Positions 1 through 9,035 of a stretch of DNA of 64,000 nt are shown one piece after another. The notes below the pieces were generated by a model. That model saw nothing but the letters and a program-made list of their open reading frames with translations, did not search any database and was not told the origin of the DNA. This DNA is from a virus. Where the stretch lies: the IMG/VR virus record IMGVR_UViG_3300020202_000078, one strand, 5' to 3'. The first letter of the stretch is position 1; each line of letters opens with the position of its first letter. Position numbers and translations under genes: made by a program.

Positions 1-100
1 GATCGTGGTTCCCTTGGAACGGCCGATGCCGGGATCGCGGTCGAGGTCGTCGGCGGGGAGGGGATCGGGTTCCTGGCCGGCGGGGGGATGCTTGCTCATG
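1..100 (-). CDS. Partial host gene (N-terminus only; start ATG at 98-100 preceded by a GGAGG-like RBS; continues beyond the window edge)
   Basis: Reverse-strand ATG with RBS; translation MSKHPPAGQEPDPLP...; lies outside the attL repeat. Confidence 0.25.
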
Positions 101-186
101 GCTGGTCCTCGCGTGAGCCCACCCCGGACTCGGGCAACACCCGAGGAGAGGTTTGGTTTCGAAGACGCTTTGCGATGTGAGGGACC

Positions 187-210
187 CTTCCGATGGCTCC
201 CCGGGCAGGA
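187..210. repeat. attL: attL core (duplicated 3' end of tRNA-Asn)
   Basis: Exact 24-bp match to 63238-63261. Confidence 0.8.
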
Positions 211-331
211 ACCGCCTGGGTGTCCGCACCCGTTCACCAGTGGCCGCAAATCCCTTGCGGATCGGCCTTTCCGGCGTCTAGCGTCTCCCCGAACTGTGTT
301 TAGGTGTTCATATCAATCCGCTGCCGGATTG

Positions 332-1516
332 ATGACGGGATTTATGACGCGTCAGACCAATAAACTTTCTGCGAGGACCGTGCAGACGGCCAAGACGCCC
401 GGGCGCTTGGGCGATGGCCTGGGGCTATATCTGCACGTCGACGAGGCATTGAACAAGCGCTGGGTGTTCGTCTTCCAATGGCGCGGCCGGCGGAAGGAGA
501 TGGGACTGGGCTCGCTGCACGACGTCGGCCTCCAGGAAGCCCGCGAGGAGCGCGACAGGGCGCGCAAGCTGGTGCGGGCTGGGGTGAACCCCATCGACGC
601 CCGGAAGGCCGACAGGGGGGCTACCACGTTCGGCGCCTATGCCCTCGAAACCATCGAGGCGATCAAGGCCGAATGGACCAGCGACAAGACCGAGAAGAAC
701 TGGCGCAGCAGTCTCGAGAAGCACGCGGCGGCGATATGGGACAAGCCGATAGGTGAGGTCGGCGAGGACGACATTCTAGACGTGCTGCGCCCTATCTGGA
801 CCAGGGCGCCGGTCTTGGCGGAGAAGGTGAGGGGGCGGATTGAGCGGGTGCTTGACGCGGCCACGGCGAAGAAGCTGCGCTCTGGAGACAACCCGGCCCG
901 ATGGAAGGGCCACCTGTCCCATCTGCTTGCCAAGCGAACCGCGCTGAAGGTCGGCCATCACAAGGCCATGCCGTTCGCCGACGTGCCGGCCTTCGTTCAG
1001 GGCTTGGGGGAAAGCACCAGCGAGCGCGCCCTGGCCTGGCTGATCCTCACTGCCTCCCGCACGACGGAGGTGCGTGGCGCCACGTTCGCAGAGATCAAGG
1101 GGGACGTCTGGACGGTTCCGAAGGAGCGCATGAAGCAGCGGCGGGAACACCGGGTGCCGCTGTCCCGGCAGGCGCTAAAGCTGCTTGAGGATCTGGCGAA
1201 CGACACCCCGTTCCTATTCCCGAGCCGGAAAGAAGGGGCCTTCCTGTCGTCGGCTGCGATGGATCGGGCGCTTGAGCGGCTGGGGGTGGACGACGTCGCC
1301 ACCGTTCATGGCTTCCGGTCATCCTTTAAGGATTGGGCGACGGAGACGACGGATTTCCCCGACAGCCTCTCAGAGGCCGCCCTGGCGCACATCACCGGGG
1401 ACAAGGCCGAACGGGCCTATCGTCGGGGTGACGTGCTTCTCAGGCGGCGCGACCTGATGCAGGCGTGGGCTGACTATCTCCTTCCACCAGGGCCTCAAGC
1501 TGGGCGCGAGGAATGA
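332..1516 (+). CDS. int: Tyrosine recombinase / phage integrase (P4-type)
   Basis: N-terminal DGLGLYLHV...KRWVFVFQW arm-binding-like region; C-terminal catalytic region with HGFRSSF and AYRRGD...LMQAWADYL; track ORF 5..1516 reads through attL, so the true start is ATG 332. Confidence 0.9.
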   Translation: MTGFMTRQTNKLSARTVQTAKTPGRLGDGLGLYLHVDEALNKRWVFVFQWRGRRKEMGLGSLHDVGLQEAREERDRARKLVRAGVNPIDARKADRGATTFGAYALETIEAIKAEWTSDKTEKNWRSSLEKHAAAIWDKPIGEVGEDDILDVLRPIWTRAPVLAEKVRGRIERVLDAATAKKLRSGDNPARWKGHLSHLLAKRTALKVGHHKAMPFADVPAFVQGLGESTSERALAWLILTASRTTEVRGATFAEIKGDVWTVPKERMKQRREHRVPLSRQALKLLEDLANDTPFLFPSRKEGAFLSSAAMDRALERLGVDDVATVHGFRSSFKDWATETTDFPDSLSEAALAHITGDKAERAYRRGDVLLRRRDLMQAWADYLLPPGPQAGREE

Positions 1517-1640
1517 TCCGGCGGCCGGCTACCGTCTTGGGGACCAAGCGCCCCTCGCCGATCAGCTCGTAAATCTTCGTGCGGCCAATGCCGATGGCCT
1601 TCGCGGCTTCGTTGATATTGTAAGCCAGCTTCTCACCCAT
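1440..1640 (-). CDS. xis: AlpA/MerR-type excisionase-like DNA-binding protein
   Basis: HTH YNINEAAKAIGIGRTKIYELIGEGRLVPK; convergent with int. Confidence 0.55.
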   Translation of the reverse strand: MGEKLAYNINEAAKAIGIGRTKIYELIGEGRLVPKTVAGRRIIPRAQLEALVEGDSQPTPASGRAA

Positions 1641-2103
1641 TACCGCCCCCTTGTAGATGGATGGGGGGCATCCCGGGCTCGGCATCAACCGTCTGCGGCG
1701 ACGTCGGCTTTGCCTCCGACCCGCTGGCAGGTAAGGCCGCTAGCAGGGCGCTCAACAGGTAGCGGGCGAGTTGAGGCGCGAACGGCTGATCCGCCCGCCA
1801 GCCACGCACCGCCATGTCCTCCATCGCTTCGTTGAGCAACTCGCCTTCCCGACCGGGTTGCTTCTCCCCTACGAGGGTGAGGACAGCATCGAGTGAGGCG
1901 GTGTAGGCGGGGACGACATGGAGCGCCTTGTCACCGTCGGACGTGCGGAAGCTGAAGGTTGGTTGGCCGCCAATCGTGTGGCCCAGATGGCAGACCTTGC
2001 GGAACGTCCAGCCGTTGAGCCAAGTCCACAGGCGGGCATCCGACTCCCGATCCGGCCCGTTGGCTTCTTCCACCCGAGCCCGAAGGTCAGCTAGGTCGGT
2101 CAT
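1633..2103 (-). CDS. Hypothetical phage protein (C-terminus SPQTVDAEPGMPP coincides with repeat copy A)
   Basis: ORF in the coupled minus operon. Confidence 0.5.
   Translation of the reverse strand: MTDLADLRARVEEANGPDRESDARLWTWLNGWTFRKVCHLGHTIGGQPTFSFRTSDGDKALHVVPAYTASLDAVLTLVGEKQPGREGELLNEAMEDMAVRGWRADQPFAPQLARYLLSALLAALPASGSEAKPTSPQTVDAEPGMPPIHLQGGGNG
1683..1723. repeat. 40-bp repeat copy A (GGGGGGCATCCCGGnnCGGCATCnACCGTCTGCGGCGACG)
   Basis: Near-identical to 7047-7087; inverted copy at 7475-7519. Confidence 0.7.
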
Positions 2104-2713
2104 GGCTTCACCTGTTCAGGGGCCAGGGATGGGGGAGGGGCGGGGAGGGGTTGCCAGTGGGTGGGCTGAAGCTCGGCGTATTCCTGCATTCCCCAGTCGG
2201 CCACGGTGCCGTCAGTCCAGGCCCCGCGATAGTAGATCTCGTCGTTGTCGGCGTTGTATTCGCTGTCGAACTCCGCGTGCCAGCGACCCACGGTCTGAAC
2301 GAAGCCGTGTCCCTGGATCTGCTCGGCAAGCAGGACAGACGTCCCATCCTTCGGTGCCGTCTCAATCGGTTGCCATCCAGGGACCAGTGTCGAGGCCTTG
2401 GCCTCGCACGCCGCATCGGCGGTTGATGACGGACCCGGGAGGCGTTCAGAATACTTGTTGAGTACGGCGTCCGCTAGGTGTTGTTGCAATACGGGTCTGG
2501 ACCAGACGTCCATGTTGTTCCATGCTTCGCAGGCATCGTATATTACTTCTGACACTTCCTCCCTATCCAGTCCTTGAAGGCGGGAGAGGGCGGAGAGGCG
2601 CTCAATCTCGTCAATCGCTTCCGCCAGCAGCTTGTCGGTTTCGTCGCTGCTACGGTTCCACCCGAACGTGCCCATGTGTTCGCGCAACCGTCCAACCAGA
2701 TCAGAGGCGGTCA
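2100..2713 (-). CDS. DUF551-domain protein
   Basis: IETAPKDGT ... THWQPLPAPP motifs; start ATG at 2713 (MTASD). Confidence 0.6.
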
Positions 2714-2939
2714 TGGGCGGGGGCTCCTGGCTCGGTGAGGGTCGCGTAAACATCGGGATGGACATACAGCTTGCCTTGAGCGTGGTAGGCTCCAGGCTGC
2801 CGGCCGCGCACGACGCGCTGCGGATGGCCTAGTCGCTCACGGCGCTTTGCTCGGCTCGGCGAGCGGCAGGCGGACCAGTCCTCGTAGGCGACGGTGGCCT
2901 GAGCGGAGACGACGACCGGCATACCGGCGAGGTTGCTGA

Positions 2940-3119
2940 TCACGATCCGCCCCCTTCCTCTTGGTTAGAGGTGCGGGCGACGGCCTTGATGATCGCCTCG
3001 TAGGCTTCTGCCACCGACAGGTCTTCGCAGGCCCAATCCTCCAGCGCGAGGAAGACCGCATCCAAAGCAGCGGCGTCGTCCTCGATGCTCGTCGGGACCG
3101 TTGCCTTCTCACCCATGGT
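2940..3119 (-). CDS. Hypothetical small acidic protein
   Basis: ORF, operon context. Confidence 0.35.
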   Translation of the reverse strand, partial: TMGEKATVPTSIEDDAAALDAVFLALEDWACEDLSVAEAYEAIIKAVARTSNQEEGGGS

Positions 3120-3561
3120 CTTTTCCTCCCTGGGTATGGAGAGCGGAGCGGGCGCGGGTGTGGATGCGCTCAAGCAGCTTGGTCAGCAGGCCAACGCTCT
3201 CGGGGGCCGGTTGCGACAACACCGCGATGTTGCCCATCGTCCCCCTCAGTTCATCCCTTTCCCGTTGGACCTGGGATAGCTGGTCTAGGAGGTGGGGGAG
3301 GGCGTTTACGGCGGCGACGATGAGGCGGCCCGTGGCTTCGCCAACGTAGCCGACACCGGGGCCAATGGCGCAGAAGCCGCTGATCGTGCTTTGCTTCTCG
3401 TCACGGTCGCAAGGCCACCAGCCGCCGGGCTCGTCATCGTCCGTCGCCTTCTCCAGCAGTTCCCTTAGTTCGGAGAAGTCCTTGGGGGCCTCCCGGGAAC
3501 TGGCGTCATCGGTCTGTGCGGCGTTCGTCATGCTCACGCCTTCGGGCAGGTTGTCGGTCAT
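3109..3561 (-). CDS. Hypothetical phage protein
   Basis: 150-aa ORF, coupled. Confidence 0.5.
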   Translation of the reverse strand: MTDNLPEGVSMTNAAQTDDASSREAPKDFSELRELLEKATDDDEPGGWWPCDRDEKQSTISGFCAIGPGVGYVGEATGRLIVAAVNALPHLLDQLSQVQRERDELRGTMGNIAVLSQPAPESVGLLTKLLERIHTRARSALHTQGGKDHG

Positions 3562-4052
3562 GCTGCTGCTTTCAGTTCGATGCCGAGCAGTTCGCCCAGG
3601 ATTTCGAAGACGCGGGTCTTCACGGCCTGAAACTCAGGGGCCTTCATGGCGGCGTGCGATTGGCTCTTGGCGGTGTAGGTGGTCAGGACGTTGCCGCGCA
3701 GGGTGATGACGGCGTAGCTGTCCCGGCGGCGCAGGCGCTCAAGCCAGCGCTCGGCCTCGGCCCGGCTTTCACAGACCTCTTCGACGACATCGCACCAGCC
3801 GGCACGGATGAGCAGGTTCTTCCGAAAATGCTCCTCGGTCGGCCAACGGTCCTCGCCTTCGGGGAGGGTGTTGAAGCACTCGCGGATCACGGCGAAGAAG
3901 TGCCGATGGCTGGCGGGGCTGCGCTCCTCGACCGGCGCCAGGGTCACGCACTCACCTTCGCCATAAGTCTCGTTGCAGAGCCTCGCGAACCGGGGCGCCG
4001 GGCGAAACGCTCCGTCGATGAACGTGCAGGGGATCGGGCTGATCGTGGTCAT
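3558..4052 (-). CDS. Hypothetical phage protein
   Basis: 164-aa ORF; start uncertain. Confidence 0.45.
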   Translation of the reverse strand: MTTISPIPCTFIDGAFRPAPRFARLCNETYGEGECVTLAPVEERSPASHRHFFAVIRECFNTLPEGEDRWPTEEHFRKNLLIRAGWCDVVEEVCESRAEAERWLERLRRRDSYAVITLRGNVLTTYTAKSQSHAAMKAPEFQAVKTRVFEILGELLGIELKAAA

Positions 4053-4188
4053 CGGAAGTGATCGGGGGCCGCTTTTTCGGCCGCACCCCCTCCCTCACTG
4101 TGATTGTCGCCCCCGGAAAGGCCGCCAGGACCGCACGGCAGAACGCGCGGGCCTCGACCACCTCCGGGGTATCGGATAGCTTCACGGG

Positions 4189-4815
4189 TCACGCGGCGGC
4201 CTGGAGATAGCGGGCCGTCAGCTCCTCGAGCTTGGCGTCCAGTTGGGCCAGAAAGTCGGTGACCTCGGCCTCGGCTTCAGCGATGAACGCGGGGTCACGG
4301 GGAACCCGCTGAATGAACAGCCGCATGGCCTCGGGAAGCCTGGGATCGTAGCTGGCGAAGTCGCACCACGCCCGTCCGGTGCAGGCCATCTGCCACTGCA
4401 TCTGCGTGACGTACTTCGCCGGGACCGCGCCGCCCAAGAGGGTGTCGAGGTGCGTGGCCGTGTTGGGGCACTTGATCTCCAACATGCCGTCTTCGCCGAC
4501 CAGGCCGTCGGGGCTAGCGCCGGTCATGGCGATCACCGGATGATCGACGAAGCCGACCTCGACCACGTCCACGTCAGCCATGAAGGCGTAGGCGGCGCGG
4601 GCCTCCGGTTCCTTGTCGGCTCCCCACTGCATCGCGGCGTTGGTGAAGCCTTCGGTCCTCACACCAGCGAGCCTTTCGGCGATCAGCTCTGCCATGTAGT
4701 TGGCTCGGCTGGCGCTGTAGCCGGTCTTCGTCTTGGCGATCACGTCCGCTACGCGGGAGGCGGTGACCTTGCCAAGCCGGGCGGCGAACCATTCGGGGGA
4801 GCCCTGGACGATCAT
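4189..4815 (-). CDS. YqaJ-like viral recombinase exonuclease (lambda Exo family)
   Basis: GSPEWFAARLGKVTASRVADV N-terminal motif of the YqaJ domain. Confidence 0.8.
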   Translation of the reverse strand: MIVQGSPEWFAARLGKVTASRVADVIAKTKTGYSASRANYMAELIAERLAGVRTEGFTNAAMQWGADKEPEARAAYAFMADVDVVEVGFVDHPVIAMTGASPDGLVGEDGMLEIKCPNTATHLDTLLGGAVPAKYVTQMQWQMACTGRAWCDFASYDPRLPEAMRLFIQRVPRDPAFIAEAEAEVTDFLAQLDAKLEELTARYLQAAA

Positions 4816-5693
4816 TTCGCGGCCTTTCGCTTGGCTTCGAGCGCCTTCATGACCTTGTCGAAGTCGCGGGCCGGGATCGCGGCGATACTTTCGGCCTTGA
4901 TGTAGGCCAGGAACCGCTTCCGATCGGCGCCCACGTCTTCCATGAGGGCCTGAACCTCGGCTTGCTGATCCTCCGAAAGGCCGGCGGGATCACCGCCGCT
5001 CTTGCCGTCATCGTCCTCGCCACGGCTGGTGATGTTCAGCAGGGCCATTGCGGTGTAGCGCTTGCCGTAGCTGGTGCTGGAGCCGACCGCCTGGACAGCG
5101 TTCTTGCTGCCGGTGCTGTCATGTGGAAGGGTGATTGTCGTCTCTTCCTGGTGGCCCGCGCTGTGCGACAAGATGCCGGTGACGATGATCTTGCCGTCGG
5201 CGGCGAGGCCCGTGCGGAAGGACAAGGCGAAGCCATGTTCGGACAGGGCCGGGCGGATCGCCTCGTTAATATCCTCCCACAGCGCGTAAGGGGTGGAGTG
5301 GCCCTGCTTGCCGTCCTTTGCGGGAACGATGATCCTGCCGCGCTCGGTGATGACCGGAAGCTTGGGTTGCATGGCGGCCAGCGCTGCGGCATACGCGGCC
5401 TTCGCGTCCCGGTCGCTGATGCGCTCGTACATGTCGAGCAACCGCCCCAGCTTCTCGACATCGGTGTTGGGGTCGGCGGCGGCCCGGCTGATGACCTCCA
5501 TGATGGTCGCCGGGTTGGTCTGGACGACCTCGGCGGCTACGGCGGTAGCGGTGTCTCGTTTGGCGACGGCGCCCATCGGGCTCTCCTCTTCGGGTTGATG
5601 TTCGATCTCGCAGGCCAGCAAAGACGGTTGAAACTCCGCGACGGTTTGGGGATCTTCGTAGGGCTGCATCGGCAGGCTCCGGTCTCTGGCCAT
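4812..5693 (-). CDS. erf: ERF-family single-strand annealing protein
   Basis: Adjacent to and coupled with the YqaJ exonuclease; ERF-like core with YGKRYT; acidic C-terminus. Confidence 0.6.
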   Translation of the reverse strand: MARDRSLPMQPYEDPQTVAEFQPSLLACEIEHQPEEESPMGAVAKRDTATAVAAEVVQTNPATIMEVISRAAADPNTDVEKLGRLLDMYERISDRDAKAAYAAALAAMQPKLPVITERGRIIVPAKDGKQGHSTPYALWEDINEAIRPALSEHGFALSFRTGLAADGKIIVTGILSHSAGHQEETTITLPHDSTGSKNAVQAVGSSTSYGKRYTAMALLNITSRGEDDDGKSGGDPAGLSEDQQAEVQALMEDVGADRKRFLAYIKAESIAAIPARDFDKVMKALEAKRKAAK

Positions 5694-5893
5694 TACGGAG
5701 AGCCTGTTGACGGCTTGGTCGGCTTCAGCCCGAAGAACTCGGGATCGCGAGCCATGATGGAAAAGACGTCGCCGTAGGGCAGACCGAGGCGTTCATGGAC
5801 CATCGCCCAATGCGCGCCATCCGACAGGCCAAGCGCCTCAGTCTCGTCGAGGACGACCTTCACGGCTTCCTTTGAGAGGGTTCGTCTGGCCAT
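5693..5893 (-). CDS. Hypothetical small protein
   Basis: ORF coupled to erf. Confidence 0.4.
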   Translation of the reverse strand: MARRTLSKEAVKVVLDETEALGLSDGAHWAMVHERLGLPYGDVFSIMARDPEFFGLKPTKPSTGSP

Positions 5894-6198
5894 TACGGGG
5901 TCTCTGGAATGGAGGGCTTGCGGCGAAGCGTGAAGCCGAGACGGTCGGCGAGCTTGCGAAGCAGGGCTTCGTCGCAATCGCCGCACGAGCCGTAGCCAAG
6001 CGTCCGCATCGTGTTGCCGCCGAAGGCCACGACCTGCATCCCGCTCGAATGCATGGGCTTGCCGACCTTCACGCCAATGGCGGTGTTGCCGCCCTCTCCG
6101 GTTCTGACGTGATGCGCGATGGCGGCACCGGCCGTGCCGTTAGCCTCCAGCTCGTGAACCATGTCGTTCAGGATGAGGGCGGGGGTGTTCAGGCCCAT
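5893..6198 (-). CDS. Hypothetical Gly/His/Cys-rich protein (possible metal-binding)
   Basis: 101-aa ORF with GYGSCGDCDE. Confidence 0.45.
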   Translation of the reverse strand: MGLNTPALILNDMVHELEANGTAGAAIAHHVRTGEGGNTAIGVKVGKPMHSSGMQVVAFGGNTMRTLGYGSCGDCDEALLRKLADRLGFTLRRKPSIPETP

Positions 6199-6300
6199 CG
6201 ACGGGGCTCCTTAGTGGAATGGTTGACTCTGTGTTTCGTTGTGTGCAGATTGCACCCATGTTTAGCAGTCGTCAACACACATTGTGCGCGGAGTGCATAC
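6199..6300. promoter_or_regulatory. Divergent promoter/operator region with palindromes (gtgcagattgcac; gttgac...gtcaac)
   Basis: Intergenic region between the minus operon and the plus-strand RHH gene; inverted repeats. Confidence 0.45.
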
Positions 6301-6483
6301 ATGGCGGATGAAAGGCGAGACGCCGCGATCTCCTTGCGGACTTTCCGGTCCCTGAAGGATTGGGTGGAGGCCGAGGCCGCTGCTGAGGGCCGCACCGTGG
6401 CGCAGTTCGTCGAACGCGCGCTGGTGGCGCTCAAGCAGTCACGAACCGCCGAGTCCTCACCCCCCGCCAAGCCCAAACCCTGA
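6301..6483 (+). CDS. Ribbon-helix-helix (CopG/Arc-like) DNA-binding protein
   Basis: RTVAQFVERALVALK; lone plus-strand gene embedded in the minus operon. Confidence 0.5.
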   Translation: MADERRDAAISLRTFRSLKDWVEAEAAAEGRTVAQFVERALVALKQSRTAESSPPAKPKP

Positions 6484-6502
6484 TAGATCCAACCCCCGGC
6501 CA

Positions 6503-6682
6503 TCACAGGAGCCCCTCAGGCTTCCACGCCAGGACAGCAGCCAGGACCAGGAACAGGACCGCCGCCACGATGAAAGGCGGGGCCACCAGGGCAGCCAGGA
6601 ACTTGAACAGGGGCGCTTCCTCCTCAGGTGCGTTCAGACCAGCGACATCCACCGTGCCGGGCTTGAGGGGGGAGGAGGTCAC
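6503..6682 (-). CDS. Small membrane protein (C-terminal TM)
   Basis: GTG start overlaps the upstream stop (GTGA); hydrophobic FIVAAVLFLVLAAVLA. Confidence 0.4.
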   Translation of the reverse strand: MTSSPLKPGTVDVAGLNAPEEEAPLFKFLAALVAPPFIVAAVLFLVLAAVLAWKPEGLL

Positions 6683-7023
6683 GGGATACGCTCCAGCTCG
6701 GCCAAGATGCAGGTAGTCGGGTGGGTCTCGTCGGGCCAAGTCACCCAGGCGTGGCCGGGCGCAAGGCCAATGATCTCGCCGATGGTGTGGGTTCCCGGCG
6801 GGCTATTGACCATCACAACGCGGTCGCCCAGCCGTAACGGGCGAGGGACTATTGAGTGGATGGTGGAGACGTAGGCTGAGAAGGACTCTGGCGTTCTGTC
6901 GATTGTTTGCAGCGAGACGTAGGGCTCGGGATCGCTATACCCTCGGGTTGCCGCACCAATGATCTCGCATTCAAGCAGAACCCGGTCGCCGTCTCGCAGC
7001 TTCTTCGCTTCTTCCTCAGTCAT
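6679..7023 (-). CDS. Hypothetical phage protein
   Basis: 114-aa ORF. Confidence 0.5.
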   Translation of the reverse strand: MTEEEAKKLRDGDRVLLECEIIGAATRGYSDPEPYVSLQTIDRTPESFSAYVSTIHSIVPRPLRLGDRVVMVNSPPGTHTIGEIIGLAPGHAWVTWPDETHPTTCILAELERIP

Positions 7024-7427
7024 TGGTCTCTCTCCTGAGAAGGGGTGGGGGGCATCCCGGAGGCGGCATCCACCGTCTGCGGCGACGAGGCGACACGAGA
7101 GGCCGGTGTGTTCGCTGCGGCCCGTCGCTTGGCGTCGGCGATCTTTTCGGCCAGGGCGTCGCGCTCCGCTGTCTTGGCGGCGAGGGCGGCGTCCAGTTGG
7201 TCAAAGGCCCTCGACACCGGAACCGCTTCGTCCCTCCGGTAGGGCGGCGGATCGTGGTATTCCCGCGCCTTCTCGAAGTCGAAGATGCCGGCTTGGGTGA
7301 TGTCGTCCGTGTAGCCGGCCGCGCCGCCGTCTGACGACCGACGGTGCCAACGGCTCCAATGGTGCGACCAGATCATCCACGGGCCAGCGTCGGGATTGAT
7401 CGGCTTGAACGGTTTGCGGCGGGCCAT
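7020..7427 (-). CDS. Hypothetical protein with coiled-coil C-terminus; flanked by inverted 40-bp repeats
   Basis: Start MARRKPFKP at 7427 overlaps the upstream stop. Confidence 0.5.
   Translation of the reverse strand: MARRKPFKPINPDAGPWMIWSHHWSRWHRRSSDGGAAGYTDDITQAGIFDFEKAREYHDPPPYRRDEAVPVSRAFDQLDAALAAKTAERDALAEKIADAKRRAAANTPASRVASSPQTVDAASGMPPTPSQERDQ
7047..7087. repeat. 40-bp repeat copy B
   Basis: Match to 1683-1723. Confidence 0.7.
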
Positions 7428-8071
7428 CAGCGGCTCTCCTGCGAACACGGTGACGATTGCGGGTCGCCGTTTGGCGTCGCCGCAGACGGTTGATGACACT
7501 CCTGGGATGCACCCACCCCTTCCCATGCCTGAACAGTGGAGAGGGCGGAGAGGGCTGCGCGGCACTCTTCTTGGGCGGCCTTGGCTTCCTCGATATCGCC
7601 CCGATAGGGGACTGCTCCCGTCACGGCGTCGAGCGCCCAGCAAGCCCGTTGAGTGGCCTTCCTCAGAGCCTTGACCACCCCCGCATCTGGGGAGGGGAGG
7701 AGGGCGGCGGCTCTCTCAAACAGGACCGCGTCAGCTTCCATGTCCTGGGCAACGTCAGCCGGCATCGCCGCGAGCCAGTCACCGGGCTCCGAGGCGTTGG
7801 TTGCGGCCAGCGTTGCCCGTAGGTCGGCGGCACGCTTCAGCAGTCCTTCCCGTACTCCCTCTAGGGGGGTGTTGGGGGGCCTACCGTTGCTCTCGGCTGC
7901 CGTCGAAGCGCTGGTCGTATTGCTCCCAGCGTCAGGCGTCGGCGTGTTCAGGGTAGGCGCACGAAGCCGATCAGCCGCCGCCGTGTTTCGCCGAAGTTCG
8001 GCGTCTTGGTCCGCCTCCGAATGTTTCGCGCATGGATTGATATTGGAGCAGATCAGGCAACGGCGGCTCAT
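7427..8071 (-). CDS. Hypothetical protein with N-terminal Cys cluster
   Basis: CLICSNINPC; coupled. Confidence 0.5.
   Translation of the reverse strand: MSRRCLICSNINPCAKHSEADQDAELRRNTAAADRLRAPTLNTPTPDAGSNTTSASTAAESNGRPPNTPLEGVREGLLKRAADLRATLAATNASEPGDWLAAMPADVAQDMEADAVLFERAAALLPSPDAGVVKALRKATQRACWALDAVTGAVPYRGDIEEAKAAQEECRAALSALSTVQAWEGVGASQECHQPSAATPNGDPQSSPCSQESR
7475..7519. repeat. 40-bp repeat copy C (inverted)
   Basis: Reverse complement matches copies A and B. Confidence 0.65.
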
Positions 8072-8709
8072 CCCTGTTCTCCGGTGGCTTTGGCCTCGCC
8101 GAACGCGACGAACATCTCGACGGTGCGCCTGGTCCCCAAGGCCCGCTCGATGGCGCCCAACTCCTCGCGGGTGACGCCGACCCCCAGAGCCACGCGCCGG
8201 AACGTCTCCGTTCGCTCAGCGAACCGCGCGCCCCACTCGCGGCGCAGATCGTCCCAGGCGGCCGCGCTCTGCGCCTCGTGGGCTTCCTGTCCAGGGACCA
8301 GTGCCTCGCCTTGCGAGCACGCCGCATCGGCGGTCGGTGACTGATCCCGGGAGAGCCCCTCATGACATACGGTCGGGGCGGAGAGCGCGGCGTAAAGGGG
8401 CTCAACCTCCTTCTGCGCTCCGACGTTGCTGTCGGTCGTGTAGTTCCACGGCGGCGACAGGGGGCTGTCTGGATGCAGGCCGGCGGCTTCCTTGGTCCAT
8501 CTCCATCGCCAAGCCACGGGCTCCCCCTCCCTCATCGGGGAGGAGGGGGCGGCGGCAAGGGCGGCCAGCACCACGTCAACGGCTTCGTTGCGACGCTCGC
8601 GCTCCTTGCGGTCGACGGAGCCCTCACCGACATGGCCGGGGTCACGCTCAATGCCGAGGCGGCGAAGCGCGACGGGCAACGACAGGCTCTCGCCCTTCAC
8701 TTCAGACAT
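8068..8709 (-). CDS. Hypothetical protein sharing a TADAAC..LVPG segment with the DUF551 protein at 2100-2713
   Basis: 213-aa ORF. Confidence 0.5.
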   Translation of the reverse strand: MSEVKGESLSLPVALRRLGIERDPGHVGEGSVDRKERERRNEAVDVVLAALAAAPSSPMREGEPVAWRWRWTKEAAGLHPDSPLSPPWNYTTDSNVGAQKEVEPLYAALSAPTVCHEGLSRDQSPTADAACSQGEALVPGQEAHEAQSAAAWDDLRREWGARFAERTETFRRVALGVGVTREELGAIERALGTRRTVEMFVAFGEAKATGEQG

Positions 8710-8766
8710 TGGGACGCCCCGCGATTTGATGGATGGGAAGGCCGGAAGTGTGGAGTTGGAGCGCGT

Positions 8767-8949
8767 TCATGCTTTACCCGTGGCGCGGGAGATGGCGGGC
8801 TCGCAGAAGGGGCACGGGAAGCTCCCGGCGCAGCGGTCGGTCGCGTTGACGCAGACCAGCTTCACGAAGCGGCCAAGGCCATCACGGGGTGCGTGGTAGA
8901 CCGGTGCCGGCGCCTTCTCCCCTTGCGAGCGCTCTGTATGGGTATTCAT
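8767..8949 (-). CDS. Small hypothetical protein (paralog of 59352-59543)
   Basis: RBS GGGAGGA; ERSQGEK..ISRATGKA shared with the right-arm copy. Confidence 0.45.
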   Translation of the reverse strand: MNTHTERSQGEKAPAPVYHAPRDGLGRFVKLVCVNATDRCAGSFPCPFCEPAISRATGKA

Positions 8950-9035
8950 GGGTTCCTCCCGGGACTGAGGCTGGCGTCTGTGAGTGGACGCGGTGCCGTG
9001 GCCCGCGCCACCTTCGGGGGTCGGCGTGTTCGTGC

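Noticed and set aside
5-331. 5' extension of the integrase ORF to position 5
   Set aside because: The open frame reads through the attL repeat and host DNA. The conserved integrase N-terminus begins at MTGFMTRQ (332).
4243-5777. Long antisense ORFs (for example 4243-4905 plus, 4962-5777 plus, 23512-24252 minus, 26117-26965 minus, 43770-45086 minus, 49104-50645 minus) in the ORF track
   Set aside because: They lie opposite well-supported genes (exo, erf, terL, capsid, host specificity, tail fibre). Long stop-free antisense frames are expected at ~65% GC, and their translations are Arg/Pro/Gly-rich low-complexity.
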